59,943 nt of DNA from the NCBI GenBank assembly GCA_964396145.1, contig CAYNEE010000002.1:1-59943 (forward strand), read 5' to 3'. The position numbers and the translations under genes were made by a program. The DNA comes from an uncultured Gammaproteobacteria bacterium (GTDB taxonomy: Bacteria > Patescibacteriota > Microgenomatia > UBA12405). Below the pieces are notes generated by a model. It made no database searches, had not been told where the DNA came from, and saw only the letters and a program-made list of their open reading frames with translations. Positions 17,424 to 27,205 of this stretch are shown piece by piece; the first letter of the stretch is position 1, and every line of letters begins with the position of its first letter.

Positions 17424-17802
17424 GTCGGCCAGCACCCTGGCTAAAAAAATTCTTGACAGTTTTCCTGGTGCCAACACCGTCGTCTGCCTCGATTCCTCCC
17501 ACCCCCATTTAGATCAATACCGACAAAAATTATCAGACTTTTTAAAAGAACACCGACAGTCTTCCTCCGACTCCAATTTACTGATAATAAGTGATCCGGG
17601 ACTGAATCAGTTTACTCATTTTGAAAAACCAATTTTAGAGCTTCGCAAACTTTATCCTCGGCTAAAAATTGTCATCGCTTTGCCGGTAGTTTCTGAATCA
17701 CAAAAAGCTCAGTTCCAGTCTCTTTGTGATAGTCTAATTTATCTTCATAGTGAACCACTCTTTTTTAGTCCTAACCAATTTTATGAACAACAAAATTTTT
17801 AG
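17401..17802 (+). CDS. Hypothetical protein
   Basis: The ORF overlaps the ligA 3' end, and its start is uncertain. I recognise no motifs. Confidence 0.4.
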   Translation: MIFKNYSESASTLAKKILDSFPGANTVVCLDSSHPHLDQYRQKLSDFLKEHRQSSSDSNLLIISDPGLNQFTHFEKPILELRKLYPRLKIVIALPVVSESQKAQFQSLCDSLIYLHSEPLFFSPNQFYEQQNF

Positions 17803-17898
17803 CATTATTAGTATCAGACTGCTAATAAATATATCAAATTAATTAAAACCTATTTTTAGACAAAACTTATATATAAATCAATTACAAAATATATCAAA

Positions 17899-18426
17899 AT
17901 GAAATTATTTTTCGGACTAGGCAATCCCGGTAAAAAATATCAATCAACCCGACACAATTTGGGTCAAAAAATTCTTTTGCAATTTGCTCAAAAAAACTCT
18001 CTTGTTCTTTCTGAAAAAAACAAGTTAAAAAGCAGGGTAGGGGAGTGGTCAAAAAATATTTTTGCCCACTCCAATGGCTTCATGAATGAGTCGGGAAATC
18101 CTCTAAATTTAGTTTCTCGTTTTTACAAAATTTCTCCAAAAAATATTTATGTTATCCATGATGATTTGGACCTCCCGGTAGGGGAGTGGCGGCTCCAATT
18201 TGACCGTGGTCCCGCCGGTCACAACGGTATTAAATCAATTATTGAAAACTTAGGCTCTCAGACCTTTTGGCGTCTAAGAATTGGTATTGGTCATCCCCAA
18301 AACCCAAATATCTCTGTCGAAGACTATGTCCTCCAGCCATTTACCGCCACTGAAAAAAAACTTATCGATAAAGTAACCCCCGAAATTCTTGATAAAATAG
18401 ATGAGATTTCCAGATCGGGCCTTTAG
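17899..18426 (+). CDS. pth: Peptidyl-tRNA hydrolase
   Basis: FGLGNPGKKYQSTRHNLG and GPAGHNGIKS motifs. The last 10 nt overlap tRNA-Ala. Confidence 0.9.
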   Translation: MKLFFGLGNPGKKYQSTRHNLGQKILLQFAQKNSLVLSEKNKLKSRVGEWSKNIFAHSNGFMNESGNPLNLVSRFYKISPKNIYVIHDDLDLPVGEWRLQFDRGPAGHNGIKSIIENLGSQTFWRLRIGIGHPQNPNISVEDYVLQPFTATEKKLIDKVTPEILDKIDEISRSGL

Positions 18427-18488
18427 CTTATCTGGTAGAGCATAGCATTCGCATTGCTAAGAGGGCGGTTCGAGTCCGCCAAGGTCCA
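18417..18488 (+). tRNA. tRNA-Ala (anticodon CGC)
   Basis: Cloverleaf folded by hand: acceptor GGGCCTT/AAGGTCC with the G3:U70 alanine identity pair, anticodon loop TTCGCAT, and T arm GGCGG-TTCGAGT-CCGCC. No CCA is encoded. Confidence 0.85.
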
Positions 18489-18489
18489 C

Positions 18490-18999
18490 TTACTTTAACC
18501 TTTCCTTGATTGATTCCGCCACTATTTTAGCGTTATCCACATTCACCTGGTTGTTCAACCTAGCACTTATCAGGTAATTGACCTCGCCCACTTTAATACT
18601 CAAGATATTACCAGCCGCATTCCAGTAGGCCACATCCCCCAAATCAGTAAATTTTTGATATTTTCTTTCCTCGTAACGGGCATAATCTTCTGCTCGAACT
18701 TTATCTTTTACCAAAAGCAGCATGTTTTCAGATTTATAAACCGGCTCACTATCACCATAACTACAACGATTGTCGCTCGAATCATTATCTTTTATAACTG
18801 TTTTCAAAAAAGCTTGAGCCACCTCTGGAGACAAAATATCACAAGCCTTACCACTGCCGTTATAAGGCAGTTTTTTGACCTCTATTTTCTTAACTACGTC
18901 TTCACTCTCTACCTTCGGCGCTGAATTTTTGTTTCTTAAAAAGAAAATGGCTACCAATAACAGTACAACTGCCATGACTGCAATTATTTTTTTACTCAT
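18490..18999 (-). CDS. Hypothetical membrane-anchored or secreted protein
   Basis: 169 aa with the N-terminal signal anchor KKIIAVMAVVLLLVAIFFL. Confidence 0.5.
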   Translation of the reverse strand: MSKKIIAVMAVVLLLVAIFFLRNKNSAPKVESEDVVKKIEVKKLPYNGSGKACDILSPEVAQAFLKTVIKDNDSSDNRCSYGDSEPVYKSENMLLLVKDKVRAEDYARYEERKYQKFTDLGDVAYWNAAGNILSIKVGEVNYLISARLNNQVNVDNAKIVAESIKERLK

Positions 19000-19333
19000 T
19001 ACTTATTTTACGCTAAACTATCTCATAGTAACACCATCCAAACCAACTCCTATCTCTGAAACTTTAACCCTCTTTAAGGAAAATTTTGAAAAGAGAAAAA
19101 AGTACGTCAAAAATGAATACCAAGCCTATGGCCTAGAACTAGCCGATGAACTGGATGATTGGGATCATAAATCTCTTTATATTCGCCTCGCCCAAAAAGA
19201 GGACCGCAAAATGCTTGAGACTGCCCGCTATTTTGTCAAAGACCATATCCCCGGAGCCGTTAAAAGTAAAGCCGCTCTCTTTATGTGGAAACTAAAACAA
19301 CTTCGTTTAGAAAAAGCCAGAAGTAAGCTATAA
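18974..19333 (+). CDS. Hypothetical protein (start uncertain)
   Basis: The C-terminal two-thirds looks coding (YGLELADELDDWDHKSLYIRLAQK...). The 5' part of the track ORF overlaps the divergent gene and is probably not translated. Confidence 0.35.
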   Translation: MTAIIFLLITYFTLNYLIVTPSKPTPISETLTLFKENFEKRKKYVKNEYQAYGLELADELDDWDHKSLYIRLAQKEDRKMLETARYFVKDHIPGAVKSKAALFMWKLKQLRLEKARSKL

Positions 19334-19343
19334 TGTACCCTGG

Positions 19344-20399
19344 ATGAAATTTTGGAAGTCATATAAAAAATTTATAATCTGGGGACTACTTCTAATCTTA
19401 GTTCTATTTTTCGTCTATGGTCGGATTCAAGCTCAAAAATTTAAAAACCCAGCCATTTTAAATCCCTCCAAAGACAAAATTGTTAAACCCGAGTATAAAA
19501 CCATCAAAAACGAACTTAAGCTTTCCGGTTCTATTGATGCTCGTGACAAAGCCGAGGTCCGTTTTCAGACCGGTGGCCGCCTCGCCTGGGTCGGCGTCAA
19601 AGAAGGGGATAGAGTCAGAAAATGGCAAAGTCTCGCCTCTCTCGACCGTCAGGAGTTAAAAAAACAATTAGAAATTTCTTTTAATAACTATCGTACCCAA
19701 CTCTCCCAATTTGACGACACTCAGGATAAATATAAAGAAGAAAAGGAAGCCTTGATTCTAACTGACGAAATGAAACGAATTTTGGCCCGTTCCCAATTTG
19801 CCCTCAACAACTCCGTCATCAATTATGAACTCAATGATCTGGCTATTAAATACGCCACCATTTGGAGTCCCATTAATGGAATTGTAGTCAATGTTGAGCA
19901 GCCTCATGCCGGTGTCAATATCACTCCCGCCTCCGCCTCCTTTACCATTATTGATCCCAGTTCAGTCTATTTTAAATCGGAAATTGATGAAACTGATGTC
20001 CCGCTCATTCATGTCGGTCAAGCTGCCACTATCGAAATTGATTCCTACCCCAATGACAATTTGAATTCCCAGATTACCGATATTTCCTTTTTGCCTGTCG
20101 CAGGCCAAAGCTCTACTGTTTACAAAATCGATTTTAAATTACCGGTTAGTAACAGTGACCTCAAATACCGTCTCGGTATGGAAGGGGATGCAACTTTAGT
20201 CCTACACCAAGAGGAAAATGCCCTCACTATTCCCATTGACGCTCTCAATCAGGAGGACGATAAAAATTTTATCTGGCTTAAAACCAGTGAGGGTAAATTA
20301 GAAAAAAAATATGTGACAATCGGCGTTGAAAACGACGATGAGGTTCAGATTACAGAAGGTCTCAGTCCAGATGAACAAATCGTTATCAAAAAACTCTAA
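19344..20399 (+). CDS. Efflux periplasmic adaptor (HlyD/MacA-like membrane fusion protein)
   Basis: 351 aa with an N-terminal TM helix, a coiled-coil hairpin and lipoyl/beta-barrel-like segments. It lies directly upstream of the MacB-type ABC genes. Confidence 0.7.
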   Translation: MKFWKSYKKFIIWGLLLILVLFFVYGRIQAQKFKNPAILNPSKDKIVKPEYKTIKNELKLSGSIDARDKAEVRFQTGGRLAWVGVKEGDRVRKWQSLASLDRQELKKQLEISFNNYRTQLSQFDDTQDKYKEEKEALILTDEMKRILARSQFALNNSVINYELNDLAIKYATIWSPINGIVVNVEQPHAGVNITPASASFTIIDPSSVYFKSEIDETDVPLIHVGQAATIEIDSYPNDNLNSQITDISFLPVAGQSSTVYKIDFKLPVSNSDLKYRLGMEGDATLVLHQEENALTIPIDALNQEDDKNFIWLKTSEGKLEKKYVTIGVENDDEVQITEGLSPDEQIVIKKL

Positions 20400-21072
20400 A
20401 ACAGTTGTTTTAGAACTGGTTAATGTTGTTAAAAGCTACCGCACCGGCGAAACTGTTTTTAATGCCCTGGATGGTGTTTCTTTGCAAATTCGCCAAGGCG
20501 AATTTGTCTCCATTACCGGTCCCAGCGGTTCCGGTAAATCTACTCTCATGCACATCATTGGCCTCTTGGATAATCCAAGCTCAGGTCAAGTTTTACTTGA
20601 AGGTAAGGATGTTTCTCACTTAGATGAAAACCAACTGGCCCGTCTTCGCAATGTCACCCTCGGTTTTGTTTTTCAACAATTTAATCTTCTTGCCAAAACT
20701 TCGTCTCTCGAAAACGTCACTCTGCCTCTTTTGTATTCCGACATTCCTAAATCCGAACACCAGGAACAGGCTTTAGCTATGCTTAAAAAAGTCGGTCTTT
20801 CCGACAAGCTCAAAAACACTCCCGCCCAGCTCTCAGGTGGTCAGCAACAGCGTGTTGCTATTGCCCGAGCTTTGGTCAACAATCCCAAAATTGTTTTAGC
20901 CGATGAGCCCACCGGTAATCTTGATTCTAAATCCGGAACTGAAGTTATTGAGTTAATTCAGCAACTTCATCGCGAGGGTCATACTATTGTCCTGGTCACT
21001 CACGATATGAATCTCGCTAAACTCGCCGAACGCATTATCCTTATTAAAGACGGTTTAATTCAAAAAATATGA
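20371..21072 (+). CDS. ABC transporter ATP-binding protein (MacB/LolD-like)
   Basis: Walker A GPSGSGKST, signature LSGGQQQRVAIARA and Walker B VLADEPT. The start is taken at MNKSLSKN. Confidence 0.9.
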   Translation: MNKSLSKNSKTVVLELVNVVKSYRTGETVFNALDGVSLQIRQGEFVSITGPSGSGKSTLMHIIGLLDNPSSGQVLLEGKDVSHLDENQLARLRNVTLGFVFQQFNLLAKTSSLENVTLPLLYSDIPKSEHQEQALAMLKKVGLSDKLKNTPAQLSGGQQQRVAIARALVNNPKIVLADEPTGNLDSKSGTEVIELIQQLHREGHTIVLVTHDMNLAKLAERIILIKDGLIQKI

Positions 21073-22292
21073 GATTAAAACCCTCTCTTGAAGACCTTAT
21101 TAATTCTTCCTTTCGTTCGGTTTTAAAAAATAAAAGCCGGACTATCCTAACCTCTTTAGGTGTAATTATCGGAGTAACTTCAGTAATTTTGTTAACTTCC
21201 ATCGGTACAGGTTTAAAAAAATATGTCAGTGACCAGTTTGAGTCTCTTGGGAGTAATACTTTATTTGTCGCCCCAGGAAAAGTTTTTAACGAACAGGGTG
21301 GTTTCAATGGCCAGGAATCCAGTCTCATCTCGGTTTCCTTTACTGAAAAAGACATTTCCCGTCTTAAAAAAGATTTAAAAGGTTCTATCATCTTACCTAC
21401 CAAAAGTACCAGTGCCGAAGTCAAGTCAAAGGATAAAAAGAAAAATGCCGCTACCATCGTCGGTACTACTTACCAGTACGGTCCCCATAATAACGCCATT
21501 CCCTCCACTGGCAACGGCCGTTGGTTTACCAAAGAAGAAGATGACAAAGGCGAAGCTGTTGCCATTCTGGGACCAAAAATGGCTAATGATTTATTTCCCA
21601 GTGGCAATGCTTTAGGTAAAAAAATTATCATTGGCAGTAAAAACGTTAAAATTATCGGCATAGGAGATAGTCGTGGCAGTAGTATGGGTGGTCCCAATTT
21701 AGACGAATATATTTTTGTTCCTTACAATTTGGCAGTAGATCTTGCCGGCAACAACAAGGTCCAGGAAATTATGGTCAAAGCCCCGAGTGAAAAAGAGGTC
21801 GGTAACACCAAACAAAAAATTATTGATGTTTTGTCTGAAAATTACGACAAAGACGATTTTTCCGTTTTTGATTCAGCCCAACTTTTAACCTCCATCAATA
21901 GTATTATTAGCACCCTAACTATTGCCCTTACTGGTATTGCCGCCATTTCTTTGGTGGTTGGAGGTATCGGCATTATGAACATAATGCTCGTCACTGTCTC
22001 GGAGCGTACCCGCGAAATTGGTCTTCGTAAAGCCATCGGCGCCTACCCTCGGGCTATTCTTTTACAGTTTCTTTTTGAAGCAGTTATTCTCTCTGGAATT
22101 GGCGGTATTATCGGGATTATTTTAGGAACACTCGGTACTTTTGGCATCAACAAATTTTTCCCAGCCCAGGTCACCCCCGGCTCTATTTTAATTGCCTTTG
22201 GTGTAGCTTTCATTGTCGGCATTATTTTCGGAGTTGCCCCCGCCCGTAAAGCCAGCAAACTTTCACCTATTGAAGCTCTGCGCTATGAATAA
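21069..22292 (+). CDS. ABC transporter permease (FtsX/MacB family)
   Basis: 407 aa with an N-terminal TM helix, a large extracytoplasmic domain and a C-terminal FtsX-like 3-TM block (ERTREIGLRKAIGA). Confidence 0.85.
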   Translation: MRLKPSLEDLINSSFRSVLKNKSRTILTSLGVIIGVTSVILLTSIGTGLKKYVSDQFESLGSNTLFVAPGKVFNEQGGFNGQESSLISVSFTEKDISRLKKDLKGSIILPTKSTSAEVKSKDKKKNAATIVGTTYQYGPHNNAIPSTGNGRWFTKEEDDKGEAVAILGPKMANDLFPSGNALGKKIIIGSKNVKIIGIGDSRGSSMGGPNLDEYIFVPYNLAVDLAGNNKVQEIMVKAPSEKEVGNTKQKIIDVLSENYDKDDFSVFDSAQLLTSINSIISTLTIALTGIAAISLVVGGIGIMNIMLVTVSERTREIGLRKAIGAYPRAILLQFLFEAVILSGIGGIIGIILGTLGTFGINKFFPAQVTPGSILIAFGVAFIVGIIFGVAPARKASKLSPIEALRYE

Positions 22293-22309
22293 TCTGCTAA
22301 TATAAATTA

Positions 22310-22870
22310 GTGAAACACGAAATCAGACGTTATTTTTTACCCTCAATCATTGTCTTTACAATCATCCTGCCCATTTGGATTTTAAATAAAGTCGCCTGGT
22401 ATCAGTTTATTTTTCTCTTCTTTGGTCTTTTTTGGGGTTCATTTTTTATCGAAATTGATCACCTCATCTACTGGTTTTTTCTTCGTCCTGAGCTGGAAGA
22501 AAGTCAGCTAGCTCGGATAGCTTGGAAAAAAAAAGACTTTCGCTCTCTCTTTAAATTATTTCAATCCACCCACTATCAGCACACCAGTCTAATTTTTCAT
22601 CACTATTTTTTTCAAATTATTTTAACCCTGGTTTCCTTTTTTATCTTTACTTCCACCCCCAACATTTTTATCAAAGCCTTTACCCTAGCCACCGGACTCC
22701 ACCTACTCTCAAGAGAGTATTACGACTATCGTGAAAATCCAGAGTTTCTAAAAAGCTGGCTCTTTGCCCGAGAAAATAAACAGCTACCCACAGCTTATCT
22801 TAAATATTATCTATATGTCTTTGCTTTTTTTAATTTACTCTTTACTTTATTACTTATTCTCTCCCGATGA
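22310..22870 (+). CDS. Hypothetical polytopic membrane protein
   Basis: 186 aa with a GTG start and several hydrophobic helices. Confidence 0.5.
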   Translation: MKHEIRRYFLPSIIVFTIILPIWILNKVAWYQFIFLFFGLFWGSFFIEIDHLIYWFFLRPELEESQLARIAWKKKDFRSLFKLFQSTHYQHTSLIFHHYFFQIILTLVSFFIFTSTPNIFIKAFTLATGLHLLSREYYDYRENPEFLKSWLFARENKQLPTAYLKYYLYVFAFFNLLFTLLLILSR

Positions 22871-23367
22871 ACGAAGTTTCCCCCAGCTTGGTTAAACAGG
22901 CTAAAAAACACCTAGCTCCATCTCAGTTAGCTCTAGTCGATGATGCTATTATGGTTCTTGATACTCTAAAAAGAAACCATGTCAACGATTACTCATTTTT
23001 GGTTGCCCCGGTTTCCAAAGCCTACGAAGGTTATTTAAAGGATTTTTTCCTTAAAATAGGTATTATTGATAACTATAGTTACCAAAGCGACCGTTTCCGT
23101 GTCGGCAAAACTCTCAACCCCTCTCTTCGATACAAACGTTTTTCTATTTACCAAAAACTGGCCGATCTCAGTCGAAGTGGAGAAGAGATGGCTGAAAAAC
23201 TCTGGACCGCCTGGAAATATGGCCGTAACGAAATTTTCCACTTTTTTCCCAATAAACTTAAATATCTCTCTCGTGAAGATGCTACCGACCGGATTACTAT
23301 GTTACTTTCCGCTATCAACGATTCCGGCAAATTTTATCAGGATTACCTCAACGGCACTCTGCTATAA
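22867..23367 (+). CDS. Hypothetical protein with a HEPN-like Rx4H motif
   Basis: 166 aa and predominantly helical by eye. GRNEIFH (R-x4-H) lies in the C-terminal third. It is coupled by ATGA to the upstream gene. Confidence 0.4.
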   Translation: MNEVSPSLVKQAKKHLAPSQLALVDDAIMVLDTLKRNHVNDYSFLVAPVSKAYEGYLKDFFLKIGIIDNYSYQSDRFRVGKTLNPSLRYKRFSIYQKLADLSRSGEEMAEKLWTAWKYGRNEIFHFFPNKLKYLSREDATDRITMLLSAINDSGKFYQDYLNGTLL

Positions 23368-23579
23368 TGAGCCTTATGACTCAAAAAGTTTTTCTTGATC
23401 AGGATAAATGCATCGGTTGCAACACTTGTCCTTTGATTGACCCTGACACTTTCGAAATGGATACTTCTATTTATAAGGCCCGGGTTAAAAAACAACCCGA
23501 AACTATCACTAAAAACGTCAATTCAGCCATAACTTCCTGTCCAGTCGGCGCTATTTCGACCATTGAAGAGGTCAAGTAA
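23367..23579 (+). CDS. Small ferredoxin (single-cluster type)
   Basis: 70 aa with CIGCNTC...C near the N-terminus and a distal CP motif. Confidence 0.65.
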   Translation: MSLMTQKVFLDQDKCIGCNTCPLIDPDTFEMDTSIYKARVKKQPETITKNVNSAITSCPVGAISTIEEVK

Positions 23580-23597
23580 CTGTGCTTTAATGTCTAC

Positions 23598-24581
23598 ATG
23601 GCAAAAAATACCCGTTCTAAAAACCAACCTGGAATTTTTATTCCTACTCCTCTTGCTGCCGTTTTAGGCATATTACTTCTAGTTACTTCCTTTTATTCAG
23701 GCTATTCCTGGAAAAGAAACAGTGATCCTGCCAATGCTGCAGTTGATAAAAGTAAAAGTACAGTCTTTGCCGCTAAAAAAACCAGCAAACCTCAATTAGA
23801 TTTTTACGTTATGAGTTTTTGTCCATACGGTAATCAAATAGAAGATGCTCTCCGTCCTGTTTATGACTTACTTAAAGACAAGGTTGATTTTATACCCCGT
23901 TACATCTTTAACAAAGTTGAAAATCTCCAAGCTTATTGCCAGAGTTCCGGCGACGTCAAGCAATGCCCAACTTACGTTCAAAATGGTTATTTTAAGACCG
24001 AAGCTGATTGTCAGAAAACTATTACCGATGCCTACAACAAATGTATGGATACCAATAGTTACATCAAGGCCGAAAACGGAGCTATGTACTCTGCCCTTCA
24101 TGGTCGTCAGGAAGCCAATCAGAATGTCAGAGAGATCTGCGCCTGGAATATGTTAGACAACAAAGATCAATGGTGGAATTTTGTTGATAACATCAATAAA
24201 AACTGTACTGCTGAAAATGCTGATACCTGTTGGGAAGCTCAAGCCAAAAGTGCCGGTCTTGATACCCAAAAAATTACTGAATGTTTCAACAAAGAGGGTA
24301 TCAGTTTGATTGAAAAAGAAATTGCCCTGACTACCCAGAATAATGTTTCCGGTTCACCCACCGTCCTAATCAACGGCGTCCTCTTCCCACCCGAATCCGC
24401 CTATACTCAGGATGGTAAAGGCAGCCTTAAAATAGGTAACAAATATGCTACTCAGGACCGTTTCCGAGCCCCTAACGTCATCAAAGAAGCTGTCTGTGCC
24501 TCTACCTCCAAAGCTCCCGGTGAATGTAAAACTGAGCTCCCTGATCTCAGTGGCGCTTCAGTCCCCGCCGGTGGCTGTTAA
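23598..24581 (+). CDS. Membrane-anchored DsbA-like thioredoxin-fold protein with the monothiol active site CPYG
   Basis: It has an N-terminal TM helix, FYVMSFCPYGNQ at the position of CxxC, and a cis-Pro loop GSPTVLINGV. There are many additional Cys residues. Confidence 0.55.
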   Translation: MAKNTRSKNQPGIFIPTPLAAVLGILLLVTSFYSGYSWKRNSDPANAAVDKSKSTVFAAKKTSKPQLDFYVMSFCPYGNQIEDALRPVYDLLKDKVDFIPRYIFNKVENLQAYCQSSGDVKQCPTYVQNGYFKTEADCQKTITDAYNKCMDTNSYIKAENGAMYSALHGRQEANQNVREICAWNMLDNKDQWWNFVDNINKNCTAENADTCWEAQAKSAGLDTQKITECFNKEGISLIEKEIALTTQNNVSGSPTVLINGVLFPPESAYTQDGKGSLKIGNKYATQDRFRAPNVIKEAVCASTSKAPGECKTELPDLSGASVPAGGC

Positions 24582-25114
24582 TGAAACTAAATTCTCAACA
24601 ACTTCGCCAAAGCAGAGTAGGGGAGTCACAAAAAAAACAGCGCCTCATCAAGCGTCAACCTCTGGTTTTGGTTTTAGATAATGTTTTAGACACTTACAAT
24701 ATCGGCTCTTTTTTTCGCCTAGCTGATGCTTTGGGCGCCCAAAAAATTTATCTTTGTGGTCCCGCCGTCACCCCACCTAATCTTAAAATCCACCGAGCCT
24801 CGGTTGGTACTTGGAAATGGATACCGTGGCAACATTATAATTCCACTAGTAACTGTCTTAAGCAACTCAAAAAAGACGGTTATAAAATCATCGCCTGTGA
24901 ACAGGGGAAAAATACTATTGACTATCGCCACTATCAATACCCTTTTCCTCTTGCTATCGTCGCTGGTAGCGAAGTTTCCGGAATTTCCAAAGATACTCTT
25001 AATCTCTGCGATCAAATTATTGAAATCCCTATGTATGGCGTCAATATTTCCCTAAATGTTCTTATAGCCACCGCTCTCATTGCCTTTAAGTCTCTAGAAA
25101 AAAATAAAAAATAG
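24581..25114 (+). CDS. SpoU/TrmH family RNA 2'-O-methyltransferase
   Basis: NIGSFFRLADALGA, AIVAGSEVSGIS and IPMYGVNISLNV motifs. Confidence 0.75.
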   Translation: MKLNSQQLRQSRVGESQKKQRLIKRQPLVLVLDNVLDTYNIGSFFRLADALGAQKIYLCGPAVTPPNLKIHRASVGTWKWIPWQHYNSTSNCLKQLKKDGYKIIACEQGKNTIDYRHYQYPFPLAIVAGSEVSGISKDTLNLCDQIIEIPMYGVNISLNVLIATALIAFKSLEKNKK

Positions 25115-25262
25115 CCGAATTTTAGGTAAAATTTTAAAGTATTTTTGATATATTTTGATACAGTTTTTTATAAAAATTTTGCCTATCTTTACGTGTAATT
25201 TGCTACTTGTAAAGCTAATTTTATCTGTTAAAATGAAATTATCTCTATAATGAGGGTTTTTT

Positions 25263-27203
25263 ATGGCAGACACTCAAAAATATACTTCCGATCAGATTAT
25301 CGTTCTTGAAGGTCTTGAACCGGTCCGAAAACGGCCGGCTATGTATATCGGCTCAACCGATAGTCGGGGACTTCATCATTGTCTAACGGAAATTATTGAT
25401 AACTCTATCGACGAAGCCTTGGCAGGCTTTGCCAAAAATATCTGGATTATTGTCCACAAAGATAATTCCGTCACCATTGCCGACGATGGCCGAGGAATTC
25501 CAGTCGATATCATGCCCAAATACGGTAAACCGGCGATTGAAGTTATTATGACCACACTTCACTCGGGTGGTAAATTCGAAGGCGCCGCCTACAAGGTTTC
25601 CGGAGGTCTCCATGGCGTTGGTGCTGCCTGTGTTAACGCTCTTTCTTCTACCTTCAGAGTCGAGGTCCGTCGTGAAGGGAAAATTCAATCTATAGAATTC
25701 TCTCGAGGTAAAGTCAAATCTCCTTTAAAAACTATTCAAGAATCCCATATTGATAAGATTAACGAGATGATCCCTAAAACCATCACCGGGACCACTACTA
25801 CTTTTTACCCTGATTCTCAGATTTTTAAAGAAACCCTGGATTTTGACAATAAAACTATCATTAAATCTCTCAAAGATAGAGCCTATCTTACCAGTAAAAT
25901 CTATTTCCACTATTACGACGAAAGGCACGACAGTGAACATCACTACTATTTTGAAGGCGGCATTTTATCTCTATTACGTGAACTAAACAAAAACAAAGTT
26001 GTCCTCCATGAACCCATTTATCTTCATGGTCAAAGTGATGGTGTCGATGTGGAAATCGCCATCCAGTATAACGATTCTTTTCAAGAAAATACTCCTTCGT
26101 TCGTCAACATTATTAACACTCACGAAGGTGGCACTCACTTAACTGGTTTTAAAATCGCCCTCACCAAAGCCATCAAGGACTATGCCGAAAGAAAAGAACT
26201 GATTAAAAACAAAAACGACACTATCAGCGGTGATGACGTCCGTGAAGGCTTGACTGCCGCTCTCTCCATTAAAATGGGTAGCAAGGACCTTCAGTTTGAA
26301 GGTCAAACCAAGGGTAAATTAGGCAATTCTGAAGTTCAGCCTATTGTTGCCAAAATAGTCAGAGAACAGCTTGACACTTATTTTGAAGAGCACCCTGACA
26401 CCGCCAAAGTAATTGTCGGCAAAGCCCTTTTAACTATCCAAATCCGTAAAGCTGCTAAGGCCGCCAAAGACGCCATCATGCGCAAGGGTGCTTTTGACTC
26501 CATGGGTTTACCCGGAAAACTTGCCGACTGTCAAAGCAAAAAACCAGAGGAATGTGAGATTTACATCGTTGAAGGTGACTCTGCTGGTGGCTCTGCCAAA
26601 CAAGGCCGTGACCGCAAATTTCAGGCCATTTTACCTCTCTGGGGTAAAGCCTTGAACACAGAGGGCGCACGTCTGGACAAAGTTGTTAATTCAGATAAGT
26701 TAAAAGATTTTATAATCGCATTGGGTATGGGCATAGGAGACACCTTTAATTTGGAAAAACTACGTTATCATCGGGTAATTCTAATGTCGGACGCTGACGT
26801 CGACGGCTCTCATATCGCCACCTTGCTTTTAACTTTTATTTTCCGTCATCTTCCGGGCCTCATCGAAAATGGCCATATTTATATTGCCATGCCTCCGCTT
26901 TATCGAATTAAACAGGGCAAAAATGTCGAATATGTCTATACCGACGAAGAAAAAGAGGCTTATCTTAAAAGCATTGATACTGGAAAAAGTTATGACCTTC
27001 AACGCTACAAAGGTTTGGGAGAAATGAATCCTCAACAGCTCTGGGAAACAACTATGAATCCTGAAACCCGCCAATTAAAACAAGTTAATATTGAAGACGC
27101 CATCAAAGCTGATGAAGTCTTTAGGATTCTTATGGGTGAGGAAGTTCCTCCTCGCAAAAAATTTATTGTTACTCATGCTCATTTAGCGAACATTGACGTT
27201 TAA
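25263..27203 (+). CDS. gyrB: DNA gyrase subunit B
   Basis: 646 aa with the GHKL ATPase motifs, Toprim EGDSAGG and PLWGK. It lies directly upstream of gyrA. Confidence 0.95.
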   Translation: MADTQKYTSDQIIVLEGLEPVRKRPAMYIGSTDSRGLHHCLTEIIDNSIDEALAGFAKNIWIIVHKDNSVTIADDGRGIPVDIMPKYGKPAIEVIMTTLHSGGKFEGAAYKVSGGLHGVGAACVNALSSTFRVEVRREGKIQSIEFSRGKVKSPLKTIQESHIDKINEMIPKTITGTTTTFYPDSQIFKETLDFDNKTIIKSLKDRAYLTSKIYFHYYDERHDSEHHYYFEGGILSLLRELNKNKVVLHEPIYLHGQSDGVDVEIAIQYNDSFQENTPSFVNIINTHEGGTHLTGFKIALTKAIKDYAERKELIKNKNDTISGDDVREGLTAALSIKMGSKDLQFEGQTKGKLGNSEVQPIVAKIVREQLDTYFEEHPDTAKVIVGKALLTIQIRKAAKAAKDAIMRKGAFDSMGLPGKLADCQSKKPEECEIYIVEGDSAGGSAKQGRDRKFQAILPLWGKALNTEGARLDKVVNSDKLKDFIIALGMGIGDTFNLEKLRYHRVILMSDADVDGSHIATLLLTFIFRHLPGLIENGHIYIAMPPLYRIKQGKNVEYVYTDEEKEAYLKSIDTGKSYDLQRYKGLGEMNPQQLWETTMNPETRQLKQVNIEDAIKADEVFRILMGEEVPPRKKFIVTHAHLANIDV

Positions 27204-27205
27204 CC

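Noticed and set aside
27109-27150. CUGAUGA on the plus strand inside gyrB
   Set aside because: No GAAA core follows (it reads GAAG) and no stems can be drawn. It is coding sequence ([13 protein letters not shown]). Similar isolated CUGAUGA hits on the minus strand at about 35061, 36781, 46815, 53690 and 56825 fail for the same reasons.
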